64,000 nt of DNA, from positions 1 to 64,000 of IMG/VR virus record IMGVR_UViG_3300043409_001318. One strand, written 5' to 3'. The notes under the pieces are model-generated. The model was given only the letters and a program-made list of their open reading frames with translations, did no database searches and was not told where the DNA came from. Made by a program: the position numbers and the translations under genes. Of the stretch, positions 9,402-19,051 are shown one piece after another; positions within the stretch are counted from its first letter, which is position 1, and each line of letters opens with the position of its first letter. Source of the stretch: a virus.

Positions 9402-10694
9402 ATGAACCAAAAATTAATATTAGAGAACTGGCGTAAATTTCTTAAAGAAGAATTAACCACAACACAACCAAGCGTATCAACAGCAAATGTTATTGATAAC
9501 AGTCAACAACAAGAAGAAGAAAAAATAGTAAGTGTCACGGCTGCAATAAATTCTAGTATAGAAACTGCTTTAAAATCACAAGAAGAAGTGATAAAAACAA
9601 TACCTAATAAACAAGCTGTAAAAGATTCTATTAAAAATTTAATAGATAAAATTCAACTAAGAGAAGAAAAGAATAAGAAAAATGCTGATGCCCAGCAACT
9701 TGATGTAAGAAATCCTAATTCAATACTTCCATTAATGAAAAAGTATTCTAAAATGCCTTCTGGTAGTCCCGGCCCAGATCAGATAACAAAGCAAAATTTA
9801 GCAAAAGACGAAACAAAAAAATTAATAGCTTCTTTACCTAGTACAAAAACAAATCCAACGCAAGCATTTATATCTTTGTTTAATATTTTTAATTCAGTTT
9901 TGTCTGAGGAAGATAAAGCTGAGGTTGCACAAGCATTAGAAAGATTACAACAAGCAGCATCCGAAACAACATCACAAGTTAAAGAAAATCTTGGAGTAAA
10001 AGCTTATCTTACGTTCCAAGATACTTTAAGTAAAATTGGAGGTGGTAGCGAAGCAAAAGGTATTGCTAAATTTGGTAACGGAGCTTTGATAATGGCTATA
10101 ACTGCTGGTATATTTTGTTTTATGAACGGTGATGCAGGCACAGCGGGCGGGATAGTAGCAGCAATACCTAAATTAATCTCCTCTTCAAAATCATCTGATA
10201 TACTTGGAATTATAGGTGCTGGTGCTGAAGCAGTTCAAGAAGCAAAGAAATCTAAATCTGGTGACCGCTGCACAAGAATAGCAAAACGTAAATATGATGT
10301 TTGGCCCTCTGCTTATGCTTCTGGAGCCGTTGTAAGGTGTCGTCAAGGAAAGATTTGGAAAGGCGTAAGCGAAAATGCCTCCAATCAAGAAATTGACGAC
10401 GCTTTATTATTAGAAGAAATAGAAGTAATAGAAGAAGCAAAAAAAAAAGCTTATAAACCAAACTTCTCAAAAGAAAAAGAACAAGGTCTTCACGGATGGT
10501 TTGCGAGAAATGATGGAAAAGGTTGGGTAAATTGTAGAACTGGTGGTCCTTGTGGAAGAGATAATGCTGATAAAGGTGGCAAATATCCAGCTTGCAGACC
10601 AACAAAAGCACAATGTAAATCTGCTGGTAAAGGCCCATTAAGAAAAAAGAAATCTTCTTCTCCAATATCGTGGACAAAAAAGAAAAAGGACTAA
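9402..10694 (+). CDS. Multi-module, probably virion-associated protein
   Basis: N-terminal ILENWRKFLKEE; C-terminal basic Cys modules YDVWPSAYASGAVVRCR and GLHGWF...GPCGR...YPACRP; ACTATATA variant at 9390. Confidence 0.65.
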   Translation: MNQKLILENWRKFLKEELTTTQPSVSTANVIDNSQQQEEEKIVSVTAAINSSIETALKSQEEVIKTIPNKQAVKDSIKNLIDKIQLREEKNKKNADAQQLDVRNPNSILPLMKKYSKMPSGSPGPDQITKQNLAKDETKKLIASLPSTKTNPTQAFISLFNIFNSVLSEEDKAEVAQALERLQQAASETTSQVKENLGVKAYLTFQDTLSKIGGGSEAKGIAKFGNGALIMAITAGIFCFMNGDAGTAGGIVAAIPKLISSSKSSDILGIIGAGAEAVQEAKKSKSGDRCTRIAKRKYDVWPSAYASGAVVRCRQGKIWKGVSENASNQEIDDALLLEEIEVIEEAKKKAYKPNFSKEKEQGLHGWFARNDGKGWVNCRTGGPCGRDNADKGGKYPACRPTKAQCKSAGKGPLRKKKSSSPISWTKKKKD

Positions 10695-10697
10695 TTA
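10690..10697 (+). promoter_or_regulatory. ACTAATTA motif (candidate late promoter)
   Basis: Recurrent motif directly before ATG 10702. Confidence 0.5.
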
Positions 10698-10701
10698 TAA
10701 T

Positions 10702-11454
10702 ATGACTAAATTTTCATCATTCAAAGAACAACAATTATTAACAGAAAGTTGGAGAAGATACAATAATATATTGGAAGAACAGGGCGAACCAGTTAAACCA
10801 AGCACTTATAACTCTAATAATAACGAAGATGAAGAAGAAGAAATATCTAAACCAGCGCAAAAAGATTTAAAAGCTTTCCAAGATAGACAACCTCAAATAA
10901 GCAATTTTACTCCACAAATAATATCCCAAAAAATAATTGAATTTTTAAAAACATTAAAAGGATTTGATTTACAAAAAAATAATGCTGTTGTTTTGAACTC
11001 ATTAAGAATACTAACAAATGAATTCACAAATGTATCTTCAAATCAAACAAAAAAACCAGTAGACAAACAAGCAATAAAACAACAATACTCACTACAACCA
11101 GCAAAACCAGCATTAGAAGAATCAATTTATGACAATGCTACATTAGAAGATGGAACTCTTGCTTGCCCTGCTTGCTTGGAGGAGTTACTTGAAAGTGATA
11201 GAACCCTTATTCAAGAAGCTAAATATCAAGGTAAAACCGTTACGCTTAATAAACCAATGAAAGGTGATGTTAAGAAATCAAAAGTTTATGTAAAGAACGG
11301 AAAAGGTAATGTTGTAAAAGTAAACTTTGGCGACAAGAATATGACAATTAAAAAGAATATACCAGCAAGACGTAAATCTTTTAGAGCCAGACATAAGTGT
11401 GATCAAAAGAAAGATAAAACTTCCGCTGGTTACTGGTCTTGTAAAGCTTGGTAG
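10702..11454 (+). CDS. Probably virion-associated protein with C-terminal RRKSFRARHKC...YWSC module
   Basis: Starts MTKFSSFKEQQLLTESWRRY; C-terminal basic Cys module of a type seen in large T4-like phages. Confidence 0.65.
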   Translation: MTKFSSFKEQQLLTESWRRYNNILEEQGEPVKPSTYNSNNNEDEEEEISKPAQKDLKAFQDRQPQISNFTPQIISQKIIEFLKTLKGFDLQKNNAVVLNSLRILTNEFTNVSSNQTKKPVDKQAIKQQYSLQPAKPALEESIYDNATLEDGTLACPACLEELLESDRTLIQEAKYQGKTVTLNKPMKGDVKKSKVYVKNGKGNVVKVNFGDKNMTIKKNIPARRKSFRARHKCDQKKDKTSAGYWSCKAW

Positions 11455-11483
11455 TTGACTTTCTTCCTTAGCCGTATTACTCT
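11455..11483 (+). promoter_or_regulatory. sigma70-like promoter for helicase-RNR
   Basis: TTGACT-N17-TACTCT. Confidence 0.5.
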
Positions 11484-11505
11484 CTAATTCCCAATAAGGT
11501 GTCTT

Positions 11506-12897
11506 ATGACAACAACAATCGAAAGAAACGATTTCAGTCGTTTTGGCCGCGCTTTTCAAGAAAATCTGGTTCAACTGATTTTGCTTGATCGTCCTTTTAG
11601 CGATCAAATTCGTGAAGTATTCTCAACAGAATTTCTTGAACTTAAATATCTACAATCTTTTGTAAATATTATCTTTAGTTATAAAGATAAATACAAGATC
11701 CATCCTACGTTTGATATTATGACTACGCTTGTTCGTACAGGTCTTGAAGATCAAAACGAAACAGTCCAAAAGCAAGTTCGTGACTTCTTTGCTCGTATTC
11801 ACGATAAGGAACCAGAGGGTGCCCAATTTATCAAAGAAACTTCACTTGATTTCTGTAAAAAACAGAAGTTGAAGGAAGCTATGTTGAAATCTGTTAAACT
11901 TCTTCAAACTGCTTCTTTTGATGAAATCTCAAAGACAATTAACGAAGCTCTAAAACTTGGCACTACCTCCGATTTTGGTTACGATTATCTTGTTGACTTT
12001 GAGAAAAGATTTCAACTTAAATCTCGTAATCCTCTATCAATGGGTTGGGCTGAGATTGATGAAATTTGTAAGGGTGGTCTTGGTTCTGGTGAGCTTGGAG
12101 TTGTAATTGCTCCTACAGGTGCTGGTAAATCAATGGTTCTTGTTCATCTTGGAACAGAAGCTATTAAAGCTGGTAAAACCGTTATTCATTATACCTTAGA
12201 ACTTGCTGACTCTGTTGTGGCTTCTCGCTATGATAGTTGCCTTACAGGTATTGAATTGAAAGATCTATTTTCATTCAAGGAACAAATTTTTCAATCAGTT
12301 CAAAATCTTGAAGGTAAATTGATTGTTAAGGAATATCCTACAAAATCAGCTTCTACCAATACTATCAAAATTCATCTTGAAAAGTTAAAGATGAAGGGCA
12401 TTAAGCCCGATATGATTATTGTTGACTACGGAGATCTTCTTCGTCCAATTTCAAACCAAAAAGAAAAAAGACAAGAACTTGAATCTATTTATGAAGAGTT
12501 GAGAGGATTAGCACAAGAAAATAGTTGCCCTGTTTGGACCGCATCACAAACAAATCGTTCTGGTCTAAACGCAGAAGTTATTACTATGGAAAGCATTAGC
12601 GAAGCATTTAATAAGTGCTTTGTAGCAGACTTTATTTGTTCTGTATCTCGCACAATAGAAGATAAGGCATCTAATACCGGTCGTATCTTTATTGCTAAAA
12701 ATCGTAATGGACCAGATGGAATTGTTTATCCAATCTTCATGGATACTTCTAATGTTAAGATTAAGATTTTACCATCGACAGGTGAGACACCATCGAGTAT
12801 ATTGGTAAAGAATTCAAAAGAACAAGAAGACAACTTGAAGAAGAAGTATTCAAAGTATAAGAAAAAATCTAAAACAGAAGGAGTAGAAGATGTTTAA
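11506..12897 (+). CDS. dnaB: Replicative DNA helicase, DnaB/gp41 family
   Basis: Walker A APTGAGKS, YTLEL, IIVDYGDLL, TASQTNR, IAKNRNG. Confidence 0.92.
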   Translation: MTTTIERNDFSRFGRAFQENLVQLILLDRPFSDQIREVFSTEFLELKYLQSFVNIIFSYKDKYKIHPTFDIMTTLVRTGLEDQNETVQKQVRDFFARIHDKEPEGAQFIKETSLDFCKKQKLKEAMLKSVKLLQTASFDEISKTINEALKLGTTSDFGYDYLVDFEKRFQLKSRNPLSMGWAEIDEICKGGLGSGELGVVIAPTGAGKSMVLVHLGTEAIKAGKTVIHYTLELADSVVASRYDSCLTGIELKDLFSFKEQIFQSVQNLEGKLIVKEYPTKSASTNTIKIHLEKLKMKGIKPDMIIVDYGDLLRPISNQKEKRQELESIYEELRGLAQENSCPVWTASQTNRSGLNAEVITMESISEAFNKCFVADFICSVSRTIEDKASNTGRIFIAKNRNGPDGIVYPIFMDTSNVKIKILPSTGETPSSILVKNSKEQEDNLKKKYSKYKKKSKTEGVEDV

Positions 12898-15295
12898 CAG
12901 AGAACAAGTAAACGCAGATAGCTTGTCATATTTTAATGGTGACGAACTTGCTGCTAATGTATTTACCACCAAATATGCTTTAAAAGCAAAAAATGGTAAG
13001 TATTTAGAATCAAATCCAAATCAAATGCACCAACGTATAGCCAAAGAATTTGCTCGTATTGAAGAAAAGTTTGGTGGCGATACTCAACTTGATTATGATA
13101 CAATTTACAATGATATTAAAAACTTTGGTTTTATCGTTCCACAAGGTTCGCCTATGTATGGAATTGGTAATAATGAGACGGTAGCATCACTATCAAATTG
13201 TGTTGTAGTTGCTTCACCAGAAGATAATGTTTCATCAATTATGGATTCTGGTAAGTATCTTGCTAATTTGTTTAAACGTCGTTGTGGAGTAGGTGTTGAT
13301 ATTTCAAACCTACGCCCAGAAGGAATGATTGTAAATAATTCAGCAGGCACCACAACAGGTGCTTGGTCTTTTGCTGACTTCTATTCTTATGTTTGTAGAA
13401 TGATCGGACAAAATGGTCGTCGTGGTGCTCTTATGATTTCTATTGATGTAAGACACCCAGATGTATTTAAATTCGTTAAGATGAAACAAGACTTAACAAA
13501 GGTAACAGGCGCAAATGTTTCAATTAAAATCTCAGACGACTTTATGGAAGCGGTGGAGCAAGATCAAGATTTTACTTTGCGATTTCCTGTTGATTCCATT
13601 ACTCCTACTTATTCTACGACTATTAGAGCCAGAGAGTTATGGAAGGATATTGTTGATTCCGCGACAAAAACAGCAGAACCCGGACTCTTAATGTGGGGAA
13701 ATATTGAGAAATATCTTCCAGCAGAAAGTTATAAAGATCATGGATTTAAAACACTTACAACTAATCCTTGTGGTGAAATCCCTCTTTCTGCTTATGACTC
13801 TTGCCGACTTATCTCAATAAATCTTAAATCATTTGTAGTAAATTCGTTCGATGATAATGCTTATTTTGATTTTGCTAAATTTGAAGTAGTTTCTAAACGT
13901 GCTATGCGCCTTTCGGACGATCTTATTGAACTTGAAATTGAAAAACTTACAAAGATTTTAAATGCTTGCGATACACCAGACGAAAAAGAACTTTGGACTA
14001 ACTTACTTAAAGCTTGTGTTAATGGACGTAGAACAGGTCTTGGAACACACGGATTAGCTGATGCCTTGGCTTGTATGAATATGCCTTATGATTCAGCAGA
14101 AGCACTTGTAATGATTGATAATATTTATCGCACTCTTAAAGAAACTGCTTATGAAGAGTCAGCTTCACTTGCTAAAGAACGTGGTTCCTTCCCTGTATTT
14201 GATTGGGAGCTTGAAAAAGATAATGCTTTTATTAAATCTCTCCCAATTCATATTCAAAATGGAATTAAGACATTTGGACGTAGAAATATCAGCATCCTAA
14301 CAAATGCTCCAACTGGTTCTGTTTCAATTATGTCTCAAACTTCTTCTGGACTTGAACCAGTATTCCGTAATTTCTATATTCGTCGTCGTAAACTTTCTCA
14401 TAACGAGCAAGATCAAATGGCAGCGTTTGTAGATGCTATGGGAGATAAATGGACTGAATATAAAGTTTATCATCATAACGTCCAACAATACTTAAAGAAC
14501 TTTGATACACAAAATATACCAGCATTTTTTACGGAGTCCGATGGTATTGATTGGAAACGTCGTGTTGAAATTCAAAGTGTAATTCAAAAACATATCGATC
14601 ACTCAATTTCTTCTACAATCAATCTTCCAAAAGGAACAAGTCCAGATGTAGTGTCGGAACTTTATCGTCTTGGATGGAAACTTGGACTTAAAGGGGTTAC
14701 CGTATATGTTGATGGTTCACGCGATGGTGTATTGATTACAGAAACAAAGAAAGAAGATTTCCCACAGCACAATGCTCCAAAACGTCCTCAAACACTTGAA
14801 ACTGATATTCACAATGTCACGGTAAAAGGCGAGAAGTGGACTATTCTTGTTGGTTTAATGAACGACAAGCCTTATGAAGTTCTTGGAGGATCAAATAAAA
14901 TTGTAGACCTTCCAAAGAACGCAAAGAAAGGAGAACTTGTAAAAGTATCTACTGGTAAAAATCAAGCTCGTTATGATTTGGTAGTTGATGATTTAACTAT
15001 TAAAGATGTATCCAAAGTCTTTGATAATCCAAATCATTCAGCCTTTACACGTTTGCTTTCTCTTTCACTTCGTCATGGTGCTCCAATCAATTATGTTGTA
15101 GAACAAATGCAGAAAGAGCAAGATGCTGATATGTTCTCATTTGCTCGTTCAATCGCAAGAGTTCTAAAACACTATGTTCCAGACGGTACAAAAGCCACAG
15201 GAAGCAAAACTTGTGGAGAATGTAATTCAACCAATTTAATTTATCAAGATGGTTGTGTTTCATGCTCGGATTGTGGAAATAGTAAATGCGGATAG
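12890..15295 (+). CDS. nrdJ: Class II (B12-dependent) ribonucleotide reductase
   Basis: SNC, RRGALM, NPCGEI, RRTGLG, APTGSVS, ISSTINLP; C-terminal Zn ribbon; no beta subunit nearby. Confidence 0.9.
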   Translation: MFNREQVNADSLSYFNGDELAANVFTTKYALKAKNGKYLESNPNQMHQRIAKEFARIEEKFGGDTQLDYDTIYNDIKNFGFIVPQGSPMYGIGNNETVASLSNCVVVASPEDNVSSIMDSGKYLANLFKRRCGVGVDISNLRPEGMIVNNSAGTTTGAWSFADFYSYVCRMIGQNGRRGALMISIDVRHPDVFKFVKMKQDLTKVTGANVSIKISDDFMEAVEQDQDFTLRFPVDSITPTYSTTIRARELWKDIVDSATKTAEPGLLMWGNIEKYLPAESYKDHGFKTLTTNPCGEIPLSAYDSCRLISINLKSFVVNSFDDNAYFDFAKFEVVSKRAMRLSDDLIELEIEKLTKILNACDTPDEKELWTNLLKACVNGRRTGLGTHGLADALACMNMPYDSAEALVMIDNIYRTLKETAYEESASLAKERGSFPVFDWELEKDNAFIKSLPIHIQNGIKTFGRRNISILTNAPTGSVSIMSQTSSGLEPVFRNFYIRRRKLSHNEQDQMAAFVDAMGDKWTEYKVYHHNVQQYLKNFDTQNIPAFFTESDGIDWKRRVEIQSVIQKHIDHSISSTINLPKGTSPDVVSELYRLGWKLGLKGVTVYVDGSRDGVLITETKKEDFPQHNAPKRPQTLETDIHNVTVKGEKWTILVGLMNDKPYEVLGGSNKIVDLPKNAKKGELVKVSTGKNQARYDLVVDDLTIKDVSKVFDNPNHSAFTRLLSLSLRHGAPINYVVEQMQKEQDADMFSFARSIARVLKHYVPDGTKATGSKTCGECNSTNLIYQDGCVSCSDCGNSKCG

Positions 15296-15310
15296 TTTAA
15301 AAACTTGACG

Positions 15311-15360
15311 ATAGCCTCCATGTTGGTTATTTTAATAGTAATCAATATGGAGGTTATTTT
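15311..15360 (+). terminator. About 20-bp hairpin: RNR terminator that also masks the next RBS
   Basis: ATAGCCTCCATGTTGGTTAT/GTAATCAATATGGAGGTTAT followed by a T-run; TTGACG at 15305. Confidence 0.7.
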
Positions 15361-15361
15361 T

Positions 15362-15589
15362 ATGTCTATCAAATGCAATCATTTAGTTCCAAATGGAGAA
15401 CAATATGAAAAATGTAATGTTGGAGAACCAAATAGTAAAACACATTACTGGATACCAACAGGAAATATAGAAGCTAAATTTAATAACACAATTAAAATTG
15501 ATTTTATTTGTAAATATTGTGATAAAAGAACTACAAGTTTTTTAAATAAAGAAGAATATGAATTAAACAAAAGAATAATAGGTGCATAA
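15362..15589 (+). CDS. Small Cys/His hypothetical protein
   Basis: GGAGG RBS, ATG 15362; CNH...C...HYW...CKYC. Confidence 0.6.
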   Translation: MSIKCNHLVPNGEQYEKCNVGEPNSKTHYWIPTGNIEAKFNNTIKIDFICKYCDKRTTSFLNKEEYELNKRIIGA

Positions 15590-15864
15590 TGTATTATCTA
15601 TCCCCACGAAACAACTACTTGCTAATAGAACCCTTAGAGGTTATAGAAGAGAAACCCCAGCAAGCTTTCCTTCTTCCAACTGATTACAAGCAAAAGGAAA
15701 GCCCATATAAAGTAATGCGGGTTATTGAAGATGCTAATGATAAATACGGACCAGAAAGTTTAATTTTGGTTCCTTCGCATATGATTGAGGAAGTTGAAAT
15801 AGAAAGCCAAAAGCACTACCTCATCCCACAGAATTATGTTATTGCTACCGTCACCAAGGAGTAG
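15589..15864 (+). CDS. groES: GroES-like co-chaperonin
   Basis: LSPRNNYLLIEP...FLLP...IIATV-like ending (YVIATV); 91 aa; GroEL also present. Confidence 0.6.
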   Translation: MYYLSPRNNYLLIEPLEVIEEKPQQAFLLPTDYKQKESPYKVMRVIEDANDKYGPESLILVPSHMIEEVEIESQKHYLIPQNYVIATVTKE

Positions 15865-15866
15865 GA

Positions 15867-16130
15867 ATGTCACAACAAGTCGTAATGTCAAAAGAAGATA
15901 ATATTGGAAGTTATATCCGTCAGCTTGCTGCTATTGAAGAGTGTATCACCCCATTTAAGGAACAAGCAAAAGACCTTCGTAAAGATTATGTAGAAAAGGG
16001 TTGGCTTACCAAAGACGATATTAAATCAGCAGTTCGCGCTTTTAGACTTTCCAAAGCAAAGATCAATATGGATCAACTTGTAGAAAGTCATAATACACTT
16101 GTAAGTAAGAACCTTATTAGCGAGGAATAA
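15867..16130 (+). CDS. DsbA/GapR-like small dsDNA-binding protein
   Basis: IRQLAAIEE...KEQAKDLRK...G...IKSAVRAFRL. Confidence 0.45.
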   Translation: MSQQVVMSKEDNIGSYIRQLAAIEECITPFKEQAKDLRKDYVEKGWLTKDDIKSAVRAFRLSKAKINMDQLVESHNTLVSKNLISEE

Positions 16131-16844
16131 ATGAAATCGATTGATATTTATGGTGATGGAATTGGTAAAGTTGAACTTGTAGAAAGTATGGGTTCAGATC
16201 TTACCATTGTTAATTCAGCGCGTGTAAGTTTTGGAAAGCACAAAGAAGAGTTAGATGATAAGGATGAAAAACTTATTGATTATCTTATTCGCCATAAACA
16301 TACTTCTGTATTGGAACATTGTCTTGTAACTTTTAGATTTAAGGTTCCTTTATTTATTCGTTCTCAACATCACAGGCATCGCACTTGGTCTTACAATGAG
16401 ATTTCCAGACGATATACTGAAGAAAACTTACAATTCTATGAGCCAAAAGAATTTAGAACACAGCATAAATCAAATCGACAAGCAAGCAATACTGAACTAA
16501 TTAATCCTTGGGTAGAAGAACCAGATCAATGGATACAAGGTCGTAGAGTTGATGATGCTGTTAAAGACCACCATCAAGAAAGTGTTAACCTTTATAACAA
16601 GTTGATGGAACTTGGTGTTTGTCGTGAACAAGCAAGAGGTGTTCTTCCTCAAAATCTTTATACGGAATACTACGGAACAGCAAATTTAGGTAATCTACTT
16701 AAATTTATTGACCTTAGAACGCATGAAGGAGCACAATGGGAAATTCAAGTTGTAGCACAGGCTTGTTTAGAGATTATAAGTGATCTCTATCCAAAAACCG
16801 TAGCAGCTTATCGTCGCGTTCTTGATGAAAAAAGAAACACTTAA
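16131..16844 (+). CDS. thyX: Flavin-dependent thymidylate synthase
   Basis: NSARVS, HTSVLEH, RHRTWSYNEISRRY, QARGVLP, LRTHEGAQWEI. Confidence 0.97.
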   Translation: MKSIDIYGDGIGKVELVESMGSDLTIVNSARVSFGKHKEELDDKDEKLIDYLIRHKHTSVLEHCLVTFRFKVPLFIRSQHHRHRTWSYNEISRRYTEENLQFYEPKEFRTQHKSNRQASNTELINPWVEEPDQWIQGRRVDDAVKDHHQESVNLYNKLMELGVCREQARGVLPQNLYTEYYGTANLGNLLKFIDLRTHEGAQWEIQVVAQACLEIISDLYPKTVAAYRRVLDEKRNT

Positions 16845-17754
16845 ATACGATAAAATAGTAATAGGTTCAACCCTTGAAGGTTTGCTTTATGCTTATCTTC
16901 ATGGGTTGCCTTTATTTTATGCGGTTGCTAAAACTCCTACTGATTTTGAGACTTTGGATATTGATGATAATTTTTGGGGTTCCTTAAACCATGAAAATAT
17001 ATCAACAACAATTAAAACCAATAAAGGTGAGATTACAATAGGTTCCAGCAAGTTAGAAGTATGGAATAAATTATTCTTTTCTTTATCTATGGCTGGTTTA
17101 ATTCCATGCACAAACGTTCAATCTTTAAGAATAGATGATGAATTAGTAAAAATAACTACAAAAAATAATAGATTAATTAAAATACAACCAAAAAACATTT
17201 TGTTATTTGATGATGAAGGTGTAGAAGGTTTAACAAGAGCTTATAAAACGAATAAAAGGCTTATTGTTTATGATTGGATAATATTTCACCATTTTATGCT
17301 TAACTTTGATTTTACTATGGTTCAAACAGAATGGGATTATTGTAATAAACTTTGGTTTCTAAATCCATTAGACGCACATAGACCTTGTGATGCTTGTTTA
17401 GTATCTTATGTAAGCGGTCAAACAGAATTACAAAATGACTTGACCGATTACATATTACGGTTTACATTAAAAAATATCTTTAAAGAACACAATATGAAAG
17501 GTTCTCTTAATGGTTTTCGTCCAAATGGAGCACAAAATTATAGACCCGTAAGTTATGAATTTGTAGCAAGACAAGTTGTAAAAGAAAAACCACACTTATA
17601 TTATGATTGGGATAACGTTAAGTCTATGACCCATCTAACTATCGAAGATATACTTAAAGATAAAAATAATACCAACTATGTGATGTATAAAACATGCTCG
17701 AAATTGACACAGAAAACAGGACAAATAAAGGAAGTTTTCATCTCGCAGGTATAG
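16822..17754 (+). CDS. Hypothetical protein with degenerate FAD-binding-like N-terminus
   Basis: YDKIVIGSTLEGLLYAY resembles a Rossmann beta-alpha start without GxGxxG. Confidence 0.45.
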   Translation: MMKKETLKYDKIVIGSTLEGLLYAYLHGLPLFYAVAKTPTDFETLDIDDNFWGSLNHENISTTIKTNKGEITIGSSKLEVWNKLFFSLSMAGLIPCTNVQSLRIDDELVKITTKNNRLIKIQPKNILLFDDEGVEGLTRAYKTNKRLIVYDWIIFHHFMLNFDFTMVQTEWDYCNKLWFLNPLDAHRPCDACLVSYVSGQTELQNDLTDYILRFTLKNIFKEHNMKGSLNGFRPNGAQNYRPVSYEFVARQVVKEKPHLYYDWDNVKSMTHLTIEDILKDKNNTNYVMYKTCSKLTQKTGQIKEVFISQV

Positions 17755-18569
17755 TTCCTGTATCTGGTGAAGCCTTAGATTTTAAAATGCCTTGGCACGA
17801 TAGTATGATGCCTATTGGACCAGATTATACGATGGTTGAAAGAGCAATATTAGAATGTGCTTGGGCTGGTTGTGAAACAATATGGGTTGTTTGTTATCCA
17901 GATGTTATGCCTCTTTTAAAACATAAAATAGGCAACTTTGTATATGAACCAGTAAATTCTTTTTATACAGGATATAACCCAGCAATAGGAGTTGTTAGAT
18001 CGGTTGAAAGGGTGCCTATCTTCTATGTGTCGGTTATGTCTAAGCATATCGGTAGAAGAGATAGTTTAGGCTTCTCAGCCTTACAGGGAGCTTACCACGC
18101 CTTTTATATTGGTTGGGTAATGTCTCGTTGGTATATCCCTCATATGTATTATGTTGCTTTCCCCTACGGTGTTTATCATCCAAAGCAATTAAAATATCAC
18201 AGAAAAGATCTTTCTGTAATTGATAAAAACTATTTAGTCACTTCCCCAGAAGGTAAAACCGTAATGGATGGAGAATATTTAGGATTTACATTTTCCAGAA
18301 GTCAATTTAAATTATTTAGAGATAGAATAAAACGTAAAATACCGGGACCAGATCCAAGAACTTATACCCTTGACGATATTTTTGTAAGTGATATCATTAC
18401 TGAACACGAACCAATACCCATCAAGAGTTACCACAATGTAGGAAGTTGGAAAACATATTGTGAGTATATGGGATCGGACCAAAGTAAATTCTATACTGCT
18501 GACGTTATAAAAAAGTATTTTAAAGATTTTAAACACACTATAATTGGAGAAACTGATGGGAATGTATGA
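17694..18569 (+). CDS. Sugar-nucleotidyltransferase-like (GT-A fold) protein
   Basis: LAGIVPVSG...MMPIG...MVERAILECAWAGCETIWVV. Confidence 0.55.
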   Translation: MLEIDTENRTNKGSFHLAGIVPVSGEALDFKMPWHDSMMPIGPDYTMVERAILECAWAGCETIWVVCYPDVMPLLKHKIGNFVYEPVNSFYTGYNPAIGVVRSVERVPIFYVSVMSKHIGRRDSLGFSALQGAYHAFYIGWVMSRWYIPHMYYVAFPYGVYHPKQLKYHRKDLSVIDKNYLVTSPEGKTVMDGEYLGFTFSRSQFKLFRDRIKRKIPGPDPRTYTLDDIFVSDIITEHEPIPIKSYHNVGSWKTYCEYMGSDQSKFYTADVIKKYFKDFKHTIIGETDGNV

Positions 18570-18999
18570 TACCGTTGAGATTGTTGAAAATATTGAAAAT
18601 GGGCCTCTTGTTGGAGAATATCAAACTAAATCTCTTGAAAATTCCCTATATACCTATTATATCAAGGATAATAGGCTTATCCTAAAAATGTATAAGTATG
18701 AAACCGTACCAGAGGAAGAACGAACACATCCTATTTTTGGTATACTTCGTAGTGTATATATTGGTGATAAAGACACAAATTATCATGGATGGATTGATAT
18801 TTATGGTGTTGATGAAACTTGGAAACTTAAATTTACTGATGGAGAATTAATGAAAAGCGAATTTGTAGAAGCACATACCAGAGATCCAGATAATTCAACT
18901 ATCGGATCTTTAGGAGAGAATAGTCAAGATCAAGAAGTTGAATACTGGACGGGTGAAGGTTATGTAGTGGAAGACGATAACGACAACTACGAGGGTTAA
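18556..18999 (+). CDS. Conserved phage hypothetical protein
   Basis: MGMYDTV...YQTKSLEN; GGAG RBS before ATG 18556. Confidence 0.6.
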   Translation: MGMYDTVEIVENIENGPLVGEYQTKSLENSLYTYYIKDNRLILKMYKYETVPEEERTHPIFGILRSVYIGDKDTNYHGWIDIYGVDETWKLKFTDGELMKSEFVEAHTRDPDNSTIGSLGENSQDQEVEYWTGEGYVVEDDNDNYEG

Positions 19000-19004
19000 A
19001 ATGC

Positions 19005-19051
19005 TTTTGATGCCTTTGCTTACTATTTATATATAAGTGGAGGCATCGAAA
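19005..19051 (+). promoter_or_regulatory. RBS-sequestering hairpin carrying the ACTATTTA motif (19022-19029) at its loop
   Basis: 18 contiguous pairs (4 G-U) from 19005-19022 with 19034-19051; covers GGAGG and the A of ATG. Confidence 0.7.
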
